Shown: piece by piece, positions 25,420-33,887 of the stretch
Layout of the letters: each line of letters starts with the position of its first letter
How positions within the stretch are numbered: position 1 is the stretch's first letter
Source: an uncultured Schwartzia sp.
GTDB taxonomy: Bacteria; Bacillota; Negativicutes; Selenomonadales; Selenomonadaceae
Length of the DNA stretch: 64,000 nt
NCBI GenBank assembly: GCA_964540025.1
Contig: CAZIKQ010000001.1
Span: 31,260-95,259 of the forward strand
Direction of reading: 5' to 3'
Notes under the pieces: model-generated
The model's database searches: none
What the model saw: only the letters and a program-made list of their open reading frames with translations
Told to the model about the DNA's origin: nothing
Position numbers and translations under genes: made by a program

Positions 25420-26501
25420 ACCGGATCTGCCTTCCCATTCTGTTGATAATCAACCTGCGCCTGAACCAAATCATCAAAAAGCTGCGTTTTTACCGGGCCC
25501 TCAACGATGGCGCCATCACATACATTCTTCGTCCCGCCCGTACTCATTGAGTCAGGCACGAGGCGAAGCACGGTGTGATCAGCGCGCATTTTGACGTGTG
25601 GCGACACCCTTACAATGCGTCCCTTGATGCGCAGGATGGTTCGCGCAACCCGCTGGATGGTCGCATTGGAAGCCAGTGTCGTCGCCTCGACGATCGTCTC
25701 GTGCTCCGGATAGGCGCGCTGGCGCCGATAGGTGATGATTTTTCCGGCGCTGTCAAGAATATGACCGCTCCTCGAAACGGGGAAAGTGTCACCCATAGCC
25801 AGGCCGCCCACGACAAGCTCCTGCCGTTCTTCTTCGGCTCCCGAAAATGGCAGCAGGACAATATCATCTCTCAGCGGTACGCCATTGAGTACCAACCAGC
25901 CAAATTCCTGGCATCCGTAAAGATCGTATACCCTCGCCTGAAGCAGGTCAGCGACGGGAAGAAGCTCCAGATCCAGCGGCGTTCCCGCAGTGAGAAGCGC
26001 AAGCCCCTGGGGCAGCTCATCCATGACGCCCATGCGGTGGGCGTCCTCAAACGCAGCCCGTAAAAACGACGATTCGCCGACGACGGCCCGGGGTTTCTGC
26101 TCGTAAAGCGCCACCAAAAAAGCGTCACGGCTTGAACGCGTAAGAAATGAACATTCCAGTCCATGCGCCTTGATGGCGTCGCCTGAAAAAACGTTGACCA
26201 GCGGCGGATAAGTCACGAGCAGGCGGTCGCCGGCCTCAAGTCCAACCCGGTCAAACACGGCCCGGGAAGCGGCTATGCGATGCGACAGCTCCGCATGGGT
26301 GACGCCGACGATATTTTGAAAGGAGGACGACCCGGTGGTAAAGGTGGTATAAGCAAAATTCAAAGGGGTATGAATCTCCTCAATAACATGCGCGCTGGTA
26401 GGCCCGGCGATTTTTTTGTCTGCCAGCGTGAGGCGCGTCATTTCCGCCAGCGTTGGCGCCGAACCGAAGTCCCTGACGAGAAGCGCAATGTCTTCGAGCA
26501 T
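25398..26501 (-). CDS. adenylate-forming ligase-like protein, candidate ACP-SH:acetate ligase (MadH-like)
   Basis: The start was moved to ATG 26501 (RBS GGAGG 8 nt upstream; the ORF-track start is a TTG). It has a P-loop-like TTFTTGSSSF and a PaaK/F390-synthetase-like layout. It occupies the madH position between madD and mdcG. The functional call rests mainly on position. Confidence 0.45.
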   Translation of the reverse strand: MLEDIALLVRDFGSAPTLAEMTRLTLADKKIAGPTSAHVIEEIHTPLNFAYTTFTTGSSSFQNIVGVTHAELSHRIAASRAVFDRVGLEAGDRLLVTYPPLVNVFSGDAIKAHGLECSFLTRSSRDAFLVALYEQKPRAVVGESSFLRAAFEDAHRMGVMDELPQGLALLTAGTPLDLELLPVADLLQARVYDLYGCQEFGWLVLNGVPLRDDIVLLPFSGAEEERQELVVGGLAMGDTFPVSRSGHILDSAGKIITYRRQRAYPEHETIVEATTLASNATIQRVARTILRIKGRIVRVSPHVKMRADHTVLRLVPDSMSTGGTKNVCDGAIVEGPVKTQLFDDLVQAQVDYQQNGKADPVWKKRSF

Positions 26502-26528
26502 AAGAAGCCCCTCCTTCTGCTCCTTCAA

Positions 26529-27419
26529 TCAAGCGTCGATATACTTATCGGCAACGGCGTTAAACTCCGCATCAAGCTTTTCGATGGTACTGATCCGGTG
26601 TGTGCGCCCGCCGCGTTCGTTCCCGAGAATCCCGCGCCCCCACGGTCCCAGGAGTTCATATTTGCCCTCTTTTTTCAGCGCGCGAACCTCGTTTACGTGT
26701 TTAATGACATACTCGCGCATATTCTCCGGCTCCGGAACGATTTCCTGAACGCCGCCGAGCTGATAGAAAAAATTCGCGCCGGCTGCGAAAACAGGATTCG
26801 TCTCCGAGAGCTCCTCGAGGCGCTCGATGTCCATCTTCGTTATCCGCGAGATAGAGGTGAGGGGCATAACGTGAATCATGACGCCCCACGACTTGTCAAG
26901 GGCAAGGATATGATCCGCCTGTAAGCCGTGGCAGAGGAAGGCGCCGGAAATCGCGCGGCCGATGACCATCGCGATGATCGGATGCCCGGCCTTCCGGGCC
27001 TCGGCCAGCGCCAGCTGATACGAGCCCGTCGCCTTATTCATGCCGGCAATCTCTTCCAGCTTACCGGGACCGTTGCCCGGCGTATCGACGACGAGAACGA
27101 TCGCGCGTTTTTCTTCCAGCGGTTTATCTTTATCCGTCTCCATCGTGTCATACACGGCATTGGCCATCTTATAGGCTTCTTCCATCCCGATGACCCCGCC
27201 GAAGACAACTGGAAATCTCTCATTGAAGGCTTCAGCGTCATTGGCAATGATCGTGGCCGGCTTACCCTCCAGCAAAACCGTACCGACAACCGCGCCCGGT
27301 CCATATTCCGGATCCAGCGCAAAGGAACCGATATGTCCCTCATCGAAGCTGTCCTTGTCGGCGATCATGCCGATCGCATCGCGACCGTGACCAACCATGG
27401 TTTTCTCTTCATCAAACAT
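26529..27419 (-). CDS. madD: malonate decarboxylase carboxyltransferase subunit (MadD / MdcE-like)
   Basis: 296 aa with an acetyl-CoA carboxylase alpha-like carboxyltransferase fold (VVDTPGNGPGKLEEIAGMNKA...IIAMVIGRAISGAFL). Confidence 0.8.
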   Translation of the reverse strand: MFDEEKTMVGHGRDAIGMIADKDSFDEGHIGSFALDPEYGPGAVVGTVLLEGKPATIIANDAEAFNERFPVVFGGVIGMEEAYKMANAVYDTMETDKDKPLEEKRAIVLVVDTPGNGPGKLEEIAGMNKATGSYQLALAEARKAGHPIIAMVIGRAISGAFLCHGLQADHILALDKSWGVMIHVMPLTSISRITKMDIERLEELSETNPVFAAGANFFYQLGGVQEIVPEPENMREYVIKHVNEVRALKKEGKYELLGPWGRGILGNERGGRTHRISTIEKLDAEFNAVADKYIDA

Positions 27420-27434
27420 CTGGATTCCCTCCTT

Positions 27435-28394
27435 TTACGGGCGCACGCGGCGCTTAACGACCTTCAGGAATTCGGCGGTTCCCATATCGGGCAGTTTGTC
27501 TGGCGCTTCGTTGCCAAAATGCCGCCAAAGGTCCATCGCGTCGCCCGGTTGAAGGTCGCCGACGAGCTTTACGAGCTCCTGCTGCTCCGCAACGAGCTTT
27601 TGCGAACCGATACGCCTTCCCTTTTCGATCTCATCCATTGGCAGCGCGGCAACCTTTTTGAGCGCTTCATAGAAGGAGCCGATTGTATCCTCGACAAGAT
27701 AATTACAATCGCCGACAATATATTTTTGTTTGCCGCCGGTGGTCCGATAGACCAAAGCTTTGTTGGAAGCGTCAAACTCCTCCTTGCCCATTTCCTGCTC
27801 GATTACCTCGGGTCCCGTAAGGCCAATCCGCCCTTCCTGACTCATGATAATTACATCGGTTGCCGCAGCCACGAAGCCCATGCCGCCAAAGCAGCCGACC
27901 TTACTGCCGACTACCGCAGCGATCGGGATAATCCTGCGGGCGTCCTGAATCGCGTCCATGACCTCCGCATGAGCCAGAAGACCCGCGTTTGCCTCATGCA
28001 GACGAACGCCGCCTGTTTCAAACGAGATGGCGACCAGCGGACGGCGCTCATCATAGTCATCCGGATGCTTCTCTTTGATTTTTGCGGCCACCTTGCGCGC
28101 CAGATGGATCGTCTCCACCATTTTTGCGCCGTTCACTTCGCCAATCGCTCCGCCGATGAATTTCCCTTCCATCGAAACGATAAAAATCGGATGCTTCCCG
28201 AGGAGGCCGACGCCAGTCACCGTGCCATCGTCAAATTCGATCGCCGTGCCCAGCACCGGCAAATGCGGGCTGCAAATTCGATCGCGGGGGCCGAGGAGTT
28301 CAGTAAACGTTCCCTTATCGGCCATGCCAAAAGCGCGCTCTCTTGCACTTGCATTAAAGAAGCTGCTCTTTACCAACTCATCCCAAGCCTTCAT
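27435..28394 (-). CDS. madC: malonate decarboxylase carboxyltransferase subunit (MadC / MdcD-like)
   Basis: 319 aa with an AccD-like carboxyltransferase fold (VTGVGLLGKHPIFIVSMEGKFIGGAIGEVNGAKM...GGVRLHEANAGL). Confidence 0.82.
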   Translation of the reverse strand: MKAWDELVKSSFFNASARERAFGMADKGTFTELLGPRDRICSPHLPVLGTAIEFDDGTVTGVGLLGKHPIFIVSMEGKFIGGAIGEVNGAKMVETIHLARKVAAKIKEKHPDDYDERRPLVAISFETGGVRLHEANAGLLAHAEVMDAIQDARRIIPIAAVVGSKVGCFGGMGFVAAATDVIIMSQEGRIGLTGPEVIEQEMGKEEFDASNKALVYRTTGGKQKYIVGDCNYLVEDTIGSFYEALKKVAALPMDEIEKGRRIGSQKLVAEQQELVKLVGDLQPGDAMDLWRHFGNEAPDKLPDMGTAEFLKVVKRRVRP

Positions 28395-28395
28395 G

Positions 28396-28722
28396 TTACA
28401 CAGCCTCCTTCGCGGTCGCCTCGGCCCACGCCTGACGAAGCCTCATGTAGACGACTATCGGCGTGGCGTTATCATCGTTGATCTCGATGCTGACGTTTCC
28501 GGCGCCCGTGTCGTTTACAAATTTTTTAATCATGCGTTCCCAAACCCTGTCGAAGCCTTTGACGGGCGTCACGACTTTTGCTTTAACGCCGCCCTGTAAA
28601 TCCATCTTCTCCATCAGGCATTCCATATCGCCGGAACCGGTGACGCCGAGATGGGACCATTCCTTTGCCATCTGCTCGCGATTCGCGGATTCAAATGTGA
28701 AATTCAACGTTTGCAAAGCCAT
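28396..28722 (-). CDS. madE: malonate decarboxylase acyl carrier protein (delta subunit)
   Basis: The start was moved to ATG 28722 (RBS AGGAGG). The 108-aa product contains the prosthetic-group serine motif GVTGSGDMECL, as in MdcC/CitD. Confidence 0.85.
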   Translation of the reverse strand: MALQTLNFTFESANREQMAKEWSHLGVTGSGDMECLMEKMDLQGGVKAKVVTPVKGFDRVWERMIKKFVNDTGAGNVSIEINDDNATPIVVYMRLRQAWAEATAKEAV

Positions 28723-28735
28723 ATCTGATTCCTCC

Positions 28736-30409
28736 TTACCAGTTCCGGAATTTAGCCGGCGGATTATAAAGACCCTTTGACCAGACGACAAGATCGTGTA
28801 CATTCTTGGCCGCAAGGCGTTCGCGCGTAGCTTTGGCAACGTCGATACCAAGATCGGCCGGCGTCTTGATAATGCCTTTTTCACGCAGGCGCTGCGTCTC
28901 GTCCGGATCCGCTGCCAGGCCCACCTCTGTGAAGCCGGCGACGCCGCGGATGGCTGCCGTCCTCTCTTCCATGCCTGAGCATTTATGGAGATAAGCGATT
29001 CCTTCCTCCGTCACGATGTGAGTGAGATCGTCACCGTAAATCATCACCGGTTCGATCGGCAGATTCGCGTTTTTAGCCAGGTCAAAGGCGTCAAGCCGCT
29101 CGACAAAGCCCGGCGCGAGCTTTTCACGGAAGGTTTCCTGCAGCTGCACGACCAGGCGCTTACCGCGATGCACCGGCCCCCACATCTGTTCAGCCAATCC
29201 GTATTCCTGACCAACCTTAAGCCAGGCGCCCGAGGAGTGGCGGCGGCCTTTGGGATCGCAGCCCATATTCGGCGCTCCGCCAAAGCCTGCGACGCGGGAA
29301 GCCGTAGCCGTAGAGCTGTTGCCATAGGGATCAATTTGCAATGTGCCGCCGATGAACATATCGACAGCATAGTGACCGGCGACCTGCGAAAAGGCGCGGT
29401 TTGAACGCATCGACCCATCGGGGCCGACGAAGAAAATATCGCTGCGCGCGGCCACATAATCTTCCATCCCCAGCTCTCCGCCAAAGCAGTGAACCGACTC
29501 GACCCATCCGGTCTCTATCGCCGGAATAAGCGAAGGATGCGGGTTAAGAATAAAATTCCTGCAAATTTTGCCCCGCAGACCGAGTTCCTCCCCATAGGTC
29601 GGCAGGAGAAGCTCGATGGCAGCCGTATCGAATCCGATGCCGTGGTTCATCGACTCGACGTTGTATTCACCGTAAATTCCCTTGATCGCCATCATCGCGC
29701 GCAGGACCTGGGAATCCGTGATGAGCGCCGGATCCCGCGTGAAGAGCGGCTCAATATAAAATGGTTTCGGCGATTGGATGACATAATCAACCCAGTCCGC
29801 CGGAATATCAACGCGGGGCAGCTTGTCGACGATCTGATTCACCTGGGCGATGACAATCCCCTGGCGGAATTTTGTCGCTTCCACAATCGCCGGAGTATCC
29901 TCCGTTGAAAAACCCGTGAAGAGATTGCCATCGGCATCCGCCATCGTGGCGGCCACCAGCGCGACGCGGGGCGTCAAATCAACGAAATAGCGGCCGTAGA
30001 GCTCAAGGTATGTATGAATGGCGCCAAGCTCCAGCCGGCCCTCCTGAAGGAACTCGGCAATGCGTCCTGCCTGCGGACCCGAGAACGACATATCGAGCTT
30101 TTTGGCAATGCCCTTTTCAAAGACATCAAGATGCTCCGGCAGCGTCAGAACCGATTGCACCATGTGCAGATCGTGAATCTTTTCAGGATCGACATCGCAC
30201 AGGCACCGAGCGAGAAAATCGGCTTGTTTCTGGTTGTTGCCCTCTATGTTCACCTTGTCAAACGGCTTGATGACAGCCTCGAGCAATGCGACGGCATCCT
30301 TGGCGTCGACGACTTTACCCTCCCTGACAAGGTGCGCCGCCGCCTTCTTTCGGGCTAAGGCATCTTGTTTGCGGGTATCCCAGGTCCGGGATGTCCCCTG
30401 TTTCTCCAT
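28736..30409 (-). CDS. madA: malonate decarboxylase alpha subunit (acetyl-S-ACP:malonate ACP transferase)
   Basis: 557 aa, with MdcA/MadA length and CoA-transferase-like sequence. RBS AAAGGAG. It is the first gene after the long leader. Confidence 0.88.
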   Translation of the reverse strand: MEKQGTSRTWDTRKQDALARKKAAAHLVREGKVVDAKDAVALLEAVIKPFDKVNIEGNNQKQADFLARCLCDVDPEKIHDLHMVQSVLTLPEHLDVFEKGIAKKLDMSFSGPQAGRIAEFLQEGRLELGAIHTYLELYGRYFVDLTPRVALVAATMADADGNLFTGFSTEDTPAIVEATKFRQGIVIAQVNQIVDKLPRVDIPADWVDYVIQSPKPFYIEPLFTRDPALITDSQVLRAMMAIKGIYGEYNVESMNHGIGFDTAAIELLLPTYGEELGLRGKICRNFILNPHPSLIPAIETGWVESVHCFGGELGMEDYVAARSDIFFVGPDGSMRSNRAFSQVAGHYAVDMFIGGTLQIDPYGNSSTATASRVAGFGGAPNMGCDPKGRRHSSGAWLKVGQEYGLAEQMWGPVHRGKRLVVQLQETFREKLAPGFVERLDAFDLAKNANLPIEPVMIYGDDLTHIVTEEGIAYLHKCSGMEERTAAIRGVAGFTEVGLAADPDETQRLREKGIIKTPADLGIDVAKATRERLAAKNVHDLVVWSKGLYNPPAKFRNW

Positions 30410-30729
30410 CTGAAACGCTCCTTTCTAAATTTTGGATACAGGAATCAAGACAATCGGGAGGCGGAGATTTCGCGTTTATGCGCCAGTACCACTCGCCCTT
30501 TTATCCTTTGGCTCGCGTTCTGTAACATCAACGTATCTTTCCTTTGAAATCAGACCCAAACGAAAAATCAAACCGGCGCCCCCGAAACGGCATGAAATTT
30601 GTGACTGCAGAAGAGTCATTCGCCTTTGAAAAACGAATACGGAACGACAGCAGCGCAGCTGCCGCCAAAAAGAAAGCCAGTACCCACCTCCCTTTGTTTT
30701 TCCAAAGCTTCAAATCAGCTCATAGAGAT

Positions 30730-30768
30730 AAAAAAACGCATAAAAAGCAATCGCTTTTCACACGTTTT
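30730..30768 (-). terminator. intrinsic terminator inside the hutP-like / madA intergenic leader
   Basis: The minus strand reads AAAACG-TGTG-AAAAGC-GATT-GCTTTT-TATG-CGTTTT followed by TTTTTAT. This is a two-tier hairpin plus U-run, about 120 nt downstream of the hutP-like stop and about 320 nt upstream of the madA ATG. Confidence 0.55.
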
Positions 30769-30830
30769 CTCATTCGCCACTATTAAATTGTCCCGGCTGC
30801 AGCCGGTTTCTGCATCGCTGGCAGTAAAGC

Positions 30831-30877
30831 CCCGTCCCTACGCTTCTTTTATCCCTGATATATCCCTCATGGACGGA
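30831..30877 (-). promoter_or_regulatory. hairpin displaying three NAGGGAY motifs (candidate protein-binding RNA site)
   Basis: The minus-strand stem UCCGUCC (30877-30871) / GGACGGG (30837-30831) encloses a loop with GAGGGAU (30868-30862) and CAGGGAU (30857-30851). UAGGGAC (30840-30834) overlaps the 3' arm. Confidence 0.3.
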
Positions 30878-30889
30878 CGATGCTGTTTT

Positions 30890-31333
30890 TTAGATATTCA
30901 TGATCCCCAGGCCGGCGCGATCATGATTGGTCATATAATGCAGAGCGGATTGTCCAAAGGTAGCTACGGCAATCCATGTATCGTCACGGACGACGGCGAT
31001 TTTCAGCGCCAGCGATACGCTGGCGTTCGGCCTCAGGACAATTCCCTGCTTAGCCTCTTCCGCCGCGTGAAGAAGCGCGTGGATGCTGCCCGGCTCCTTC
31101 TCTATGACCTCGGAATTGATCGCCGCGCCAATTACCGCGCGATTGAATTTATCATTAAATTCATTGAAGGTCGTCTTACCGCCAACCTCGGTAACTGCCG
31201 CCCTAAACCCTGCTTTCGACACGATTTGTTTGGCGATTGCCTCATCGTGAATCGTTTGAGTCAGGGCCAGAAACATTGCCGCCGTGCCGACACTCTTAAC
31301 GCTGTTCGTCATAAATGATGAATTTTCCATCAT
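30890..31333 (-). CDS. HutP-family RNA-binding antiterminator-like protein
   Basis: 147 aa, alignable end to end with B. subtilis HutP (148 aa). KSVGTAAMFLAL aligns with RRIGRLSVLLLL, SIHALLHAAEEAKQGI with ESHALYHATMEALHGV, LKIAVVRD..DTWIAVATFGQSAL with LRFAVLRG..DWIAVSLYGTIGAP, and the C-terminal HDRAGLGIMNI with HETFGVGINHI. Confidence 0.82.
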   Translation of the reverse strand: MMENSSFMTNSVKSVGTAAMFLALTQTIHDEAIAKQIVSKAGFRAAVTEVGGKTTFNEFNDKFNRAVIGAAINSEVIEKEPGSIHALLHAAEEAKQGIVLRPNASVSLALKIAVVRDDTWIAVATFGQSALHYMTNHDRAGLGIMNI

Positions 31334-31457
31334 AGCTCAGACACCTTTCTTTGGAATCAACAACGAGCATTAAGTCGTTCCCCGCTTAACGCTTGATGAC
31401 GGTACCCTGTAAAGAGTGGAGTCTCCAAAAGGCGCCAATCAGCTTATCAAGAATGAC

Positions 31458-32207
31458 TTAGCGGATACTGATTTCTCCAAAGGAAAATGTTTGAATACAG
31501 CCATCCTCTCTTCGTACCGTGAGAGAACCATCCTCAGAAAGAGCTGTCGCTGTACCACTCCATATCACACGGTCGTCATCTTTAACAATGACCTCTCTAC
31601 CAATGGTATTATTCATCGCGAGCCATGCAGGAAGAATCTTTGACATCCCGTTGGCTTCCCAATCTCTAACATGGATTTTCATGTCGGCGAGCGCTTCCCG
31701 CAGAACCTCATCCGGCGCGTAGACAATTCCCGTCGCAGTGCGGAGCGAAACGGCGCGATCCTTTAATTCGCCAGTCCATGTATCAGGCGGTAAATCGACA
31801 TTGATCCCGATGCCAACGACGAGAAAATCAACGGATCCCTTTGTGTCCAAAGCCATTTCGGCAAGGATACCGGCAATTTTCTTCTCCCCAATGAGTATAT
31901 CGTTCGGCCATTTAAGACAAATGTCGTTCCTTCTATAAAGGCGGCGAAGCGTTGACACGACGCTGACGCCAGCCATCAGAGAGGCTGCCGCCGTACACTC
32001 GGGGGCGACGCTGGGACGCAGGAGCAAGGAAAACCACAGGCCGCCTGCCGGACTGTGCCAGCGGCGCGACTTACGCCCGCATCCCGCTGTCTGCCTCGAT
32101 GCGACGATGACCGTTCCCGAGGGAGCGCCTGCCCTGGCTAATTCAAGGGCCCGGCGGTTCGTAGAGTCAATCTCTTCATGACGCTCTATCTGCCAGCAGC
32201 CGTCCAT
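31458..32207 (-). CDS. birA: biotin--protein ligase (group I, no HTH domain)
   Basis: The start was taken at ATG 32207, which overlaps the madB stop (TGATG). The BPL motifs are IDSTN and ASRQTAGCGRKSRRWHSPAGGLWFSLLLRP. Confidence 0.85.
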   Translation of the reverse strand: MDGCWQIERHEEIDSTNRRALELARAGAPSGTVIVASRQTAGCGRKSRRWHSPAGGLWFSLLLRPSVAPECTAAASLMAGVSVVSTLRRLYRRNDICLKWPNDILIGEKKIAGILAEMALDTKGSVDFLVVGIGINVDLPPDTWTGELKDRAVSLRTATGIVYAPDEVLREALADMKIHVRDWEANGMSKILPAWLAMNNTIGREVIVKDDDRVIWSGTATALSEDGSLTVRREDGCIQTFSFGEISIR

Positions 32208-33418
32208 CAGCCAACCATGTGAATCGTCGAGATAAAGACGCCGCACGCAATCGCGGAGACGATGACGCCCGCGATATTAGCTCCCATGGCAACCGGCATA
32301 ATCACGGCGAACGCATCCTCATCCTCGGCAATATGCTGGGCTATCTTCGCCGTTGTCGGCACGCAGGAAACACCGGCGATGCCGACAACCGGATTAAAGT
32401 CGCCATTTTTCCACTTGTAGATGAGCCAGCCGCCCAGGACGCCAACCACGCCAGACACGGTCAAGGCGCAAACCCCAAGAACAACGAGCGGCGCAACCTT
32501 TGGATTAAGTAAGGTTGAGGCCTCGCAGAGAGTGCCCAGCAACAGGCCAAGCATCATCGTCGAAGCATAGAGCATCGTGCTTTCCAAAAGATCCTGATAG
32601 GGAACGATCTCAGCTTCTTTAATCGCCATCCCAAGGAAGAAGGACATGATAAGCGGCGCAGCCATCGGCAGCAAAACGCAAAGGATCGCGCAGCAGACGA
32701 GAATGAAAATGAATTTTTGAGATTTCGGAACCTCCGGCGCGTCAAAAATTATATCCTTGCCGCGGTACTTCTTAGGGACGAGCCACTTGACAAGTGTCGG
32801 ATAACCGGCATAGGTCAGAGAAAGATAGAGATAAGCAATGACGGAGATTGGCACGAAAAGCTCCGGCGCAAGGATAAGCGAAGTAAAGAGGACGATCGGG
32901 CCGTCTGCACCGCCGATTGAGGCCACCGCCGCCGCTTCATTCGGGGCGAGCCCGAGATGAGTACCGAGAATAAGCGTAGCAAACGTGCCAGCTTCAGCAA
33001 AAATCGCGATGATGATCGACGTCCAGGGATTTGCCAGGATGAAGCTGATTTCACACATTGCTCCGATTCCCATGAACACGAAGCAGGCGACCAGGCTGTT
33101 GCTAAACGTAAGGTTGTAGATAGGCTGCAGAAAGTTGATCTGCATGATGTTCATCAGTTCTGCCGGGTCCGAAACGAGCGGGTCAAGAAAAATCGTGCCG
33201 ATATTTCCCCCCTTGAGGAAAAGGACGCCGCAGTTAATGCAGATCATGCCGATGCCCATTGGTACCATGATAAGGGGCTCCAGCTTACGGCTGAAGCCAA
33301 GATAGGCTAACACAAAACCAAAGGCGATAAGGAGAACGCGAGCGATCGCAATGGTCGGCTCTTGTACGAAGAGACTTGCGATGCCCGGGAAAAGTGTCGC
33401 AACGATATTGCCGTCCAT
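32207..33418 (-). CDS. madB: Na+-translocating carboxybiotin decarboxylase beta subunit (MadB/OadB family)
   Basis: 403-aa polytopic membrane protein with conserved OadB/MmdB/GcdB blocks, including SIGGADGPIVLF. Confidence 0.9.
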   Translation of the reverse strand: MDGNIVATLFPGIASLFVQEPTIAIARVLLIAFGFVLAYLGFSRKLEPLIMVPMGIGMICINCGVLFLKGGNIGTIFLDPLVSDPAELMNIMQINFLQPIYNLTFSNSLVACFVFMGIGAMCEISFILANPWTSIIIAIFAEAGTFATLILGTHLGLAPNEAAAVASIGGADGPIVLFTSLILAPELFVPISVIAYLYLSLTYAGYPTLVKWLVPKKYRGKDIIFDAPEVPKSQKFIFILVCCAILCVLLPMAAPLIMSFFLGMAIKEAEIVPYQDLLESTMLYASTMMLGLLLGTLCEASTLLNPKVAPLVVLGVCALTVSGVVGVLGGWLIYKWKNGDFNPVVGIAGVSCVPTTAKIAQHIAEDEDAFAVIMPVAMGANIAGVIVSAIACGVFISTIHMVG

Positions 33419-33561
33419 TATGCCACCCCCTCTTCATTTTCTTCCGCATAGGGATCGCTCTTCGGCATCAGCTTATTAAGCGCAACAATGGTGCCCATCA
33501 AAAACAGAGAAATCGCGGCTGTAAAGAGATACGATAACGCCGCATAAACCTCGATGCTCAT
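33418..33561 (-). CDS. small membrane subunit, OadG/MmdD-like (not in ORF track, 47 aa)
   Basis: The product MSIEVYAALSYLFTAAISLFLMGTIVALNKLMPKSDPYAEENEEGVA has one TM and an acidic tail. RBS AAAGGAG lies 8 nt upstream. The stop overlaps the madB ATG (TAATG). This position and architecture match the small subunits of Na+-decarboxylases. Confidence 0.55.
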   Translation of the reverse strand: MSIEVYAALSYLFTAAISLFLMGTIVALNKLMPKSDPYAEENEEGVA

Positions 33562-33852
33562 TATAAAACTCCTTTCAGGCAATTCAGGTAAATTAAAACG
33601 TAACTAAATCATTGTTGACGTCGGTTCCGCCGCGCCGCCAGCGGTTTCCGGAATACCGCGTGCAAGACAGGGCGTCAGCCGTTTTTTCGCAAACAAAAAA
33701 GGGAACAAAGAAATAGAACTCATACTCTCTATCTCTATGTCCCCTGAGCTACCCCATCGCCGCGCCAACTGGCGCCACAACGACAAAGGAAAGGAAGATC
33801 GCTTGAATGTCTGCTCATCCAACGGCTATGAAGTTGTTCTCATTCACTTGTG

Positions 33853-33887
33853 TACTCGCGTACTAAATTCCCAAATACTCTCGTACT
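33853..33887. promoter_or_regulatory. two 12-nt direct repeats in the mad divergent control region
   Basis: TACTCGCGTACT (33853-33864) and TACTCTCGTACT (33876-33887), 23 nt start to start, in the AT-rich 585-nt gap between the small-subunit gene and madG. Confidence 0.3.

Noticed and set aside
26928-28481. 517-aa plus-strand ORF across the madC/madD region. Similar long shadow ORFs occur at 14492-15823, 12578-13558, 35226-35939, 42252-42947, 43771-44712, 44456-45244, 46103-46945, 48931-50121, 56097-57449, 61738-63030, 9664-10803 and 7342-8451.
   Set aside because: Each is antisense to a gene with a strong family signature. They have no RBS, an Arg/Gly/Pro/His-biased composition and no recognisable motifs.
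30528-30713. 61-aa ORF (TTG start) inside the hutP-like/madA leader, with one hydrophobic stretch. It could be a small membrane protein (MadY/Z-like).
   Set aside because: It has a non-ATG start without an RBS, and the strong AGGGAGG nearby has no properly spaced start codon. It lies downstream of the terminator in a region more simply read as untranslated leader. It remains an open possibility in the HutP finding.
30831-30889. Search for canonical HutP binding sites (three UAG/NAG triplets spaced by 4 nt, two sets).
   Set aside because: The NAG triplets in the leader start at irregular offsets (spacings of 11, 9, 5, 8 and 13 nt), so no 7-nt periodic array is present. I therefore report only the NAGGGAY motifs as a tentative, non-canonical candidate site.
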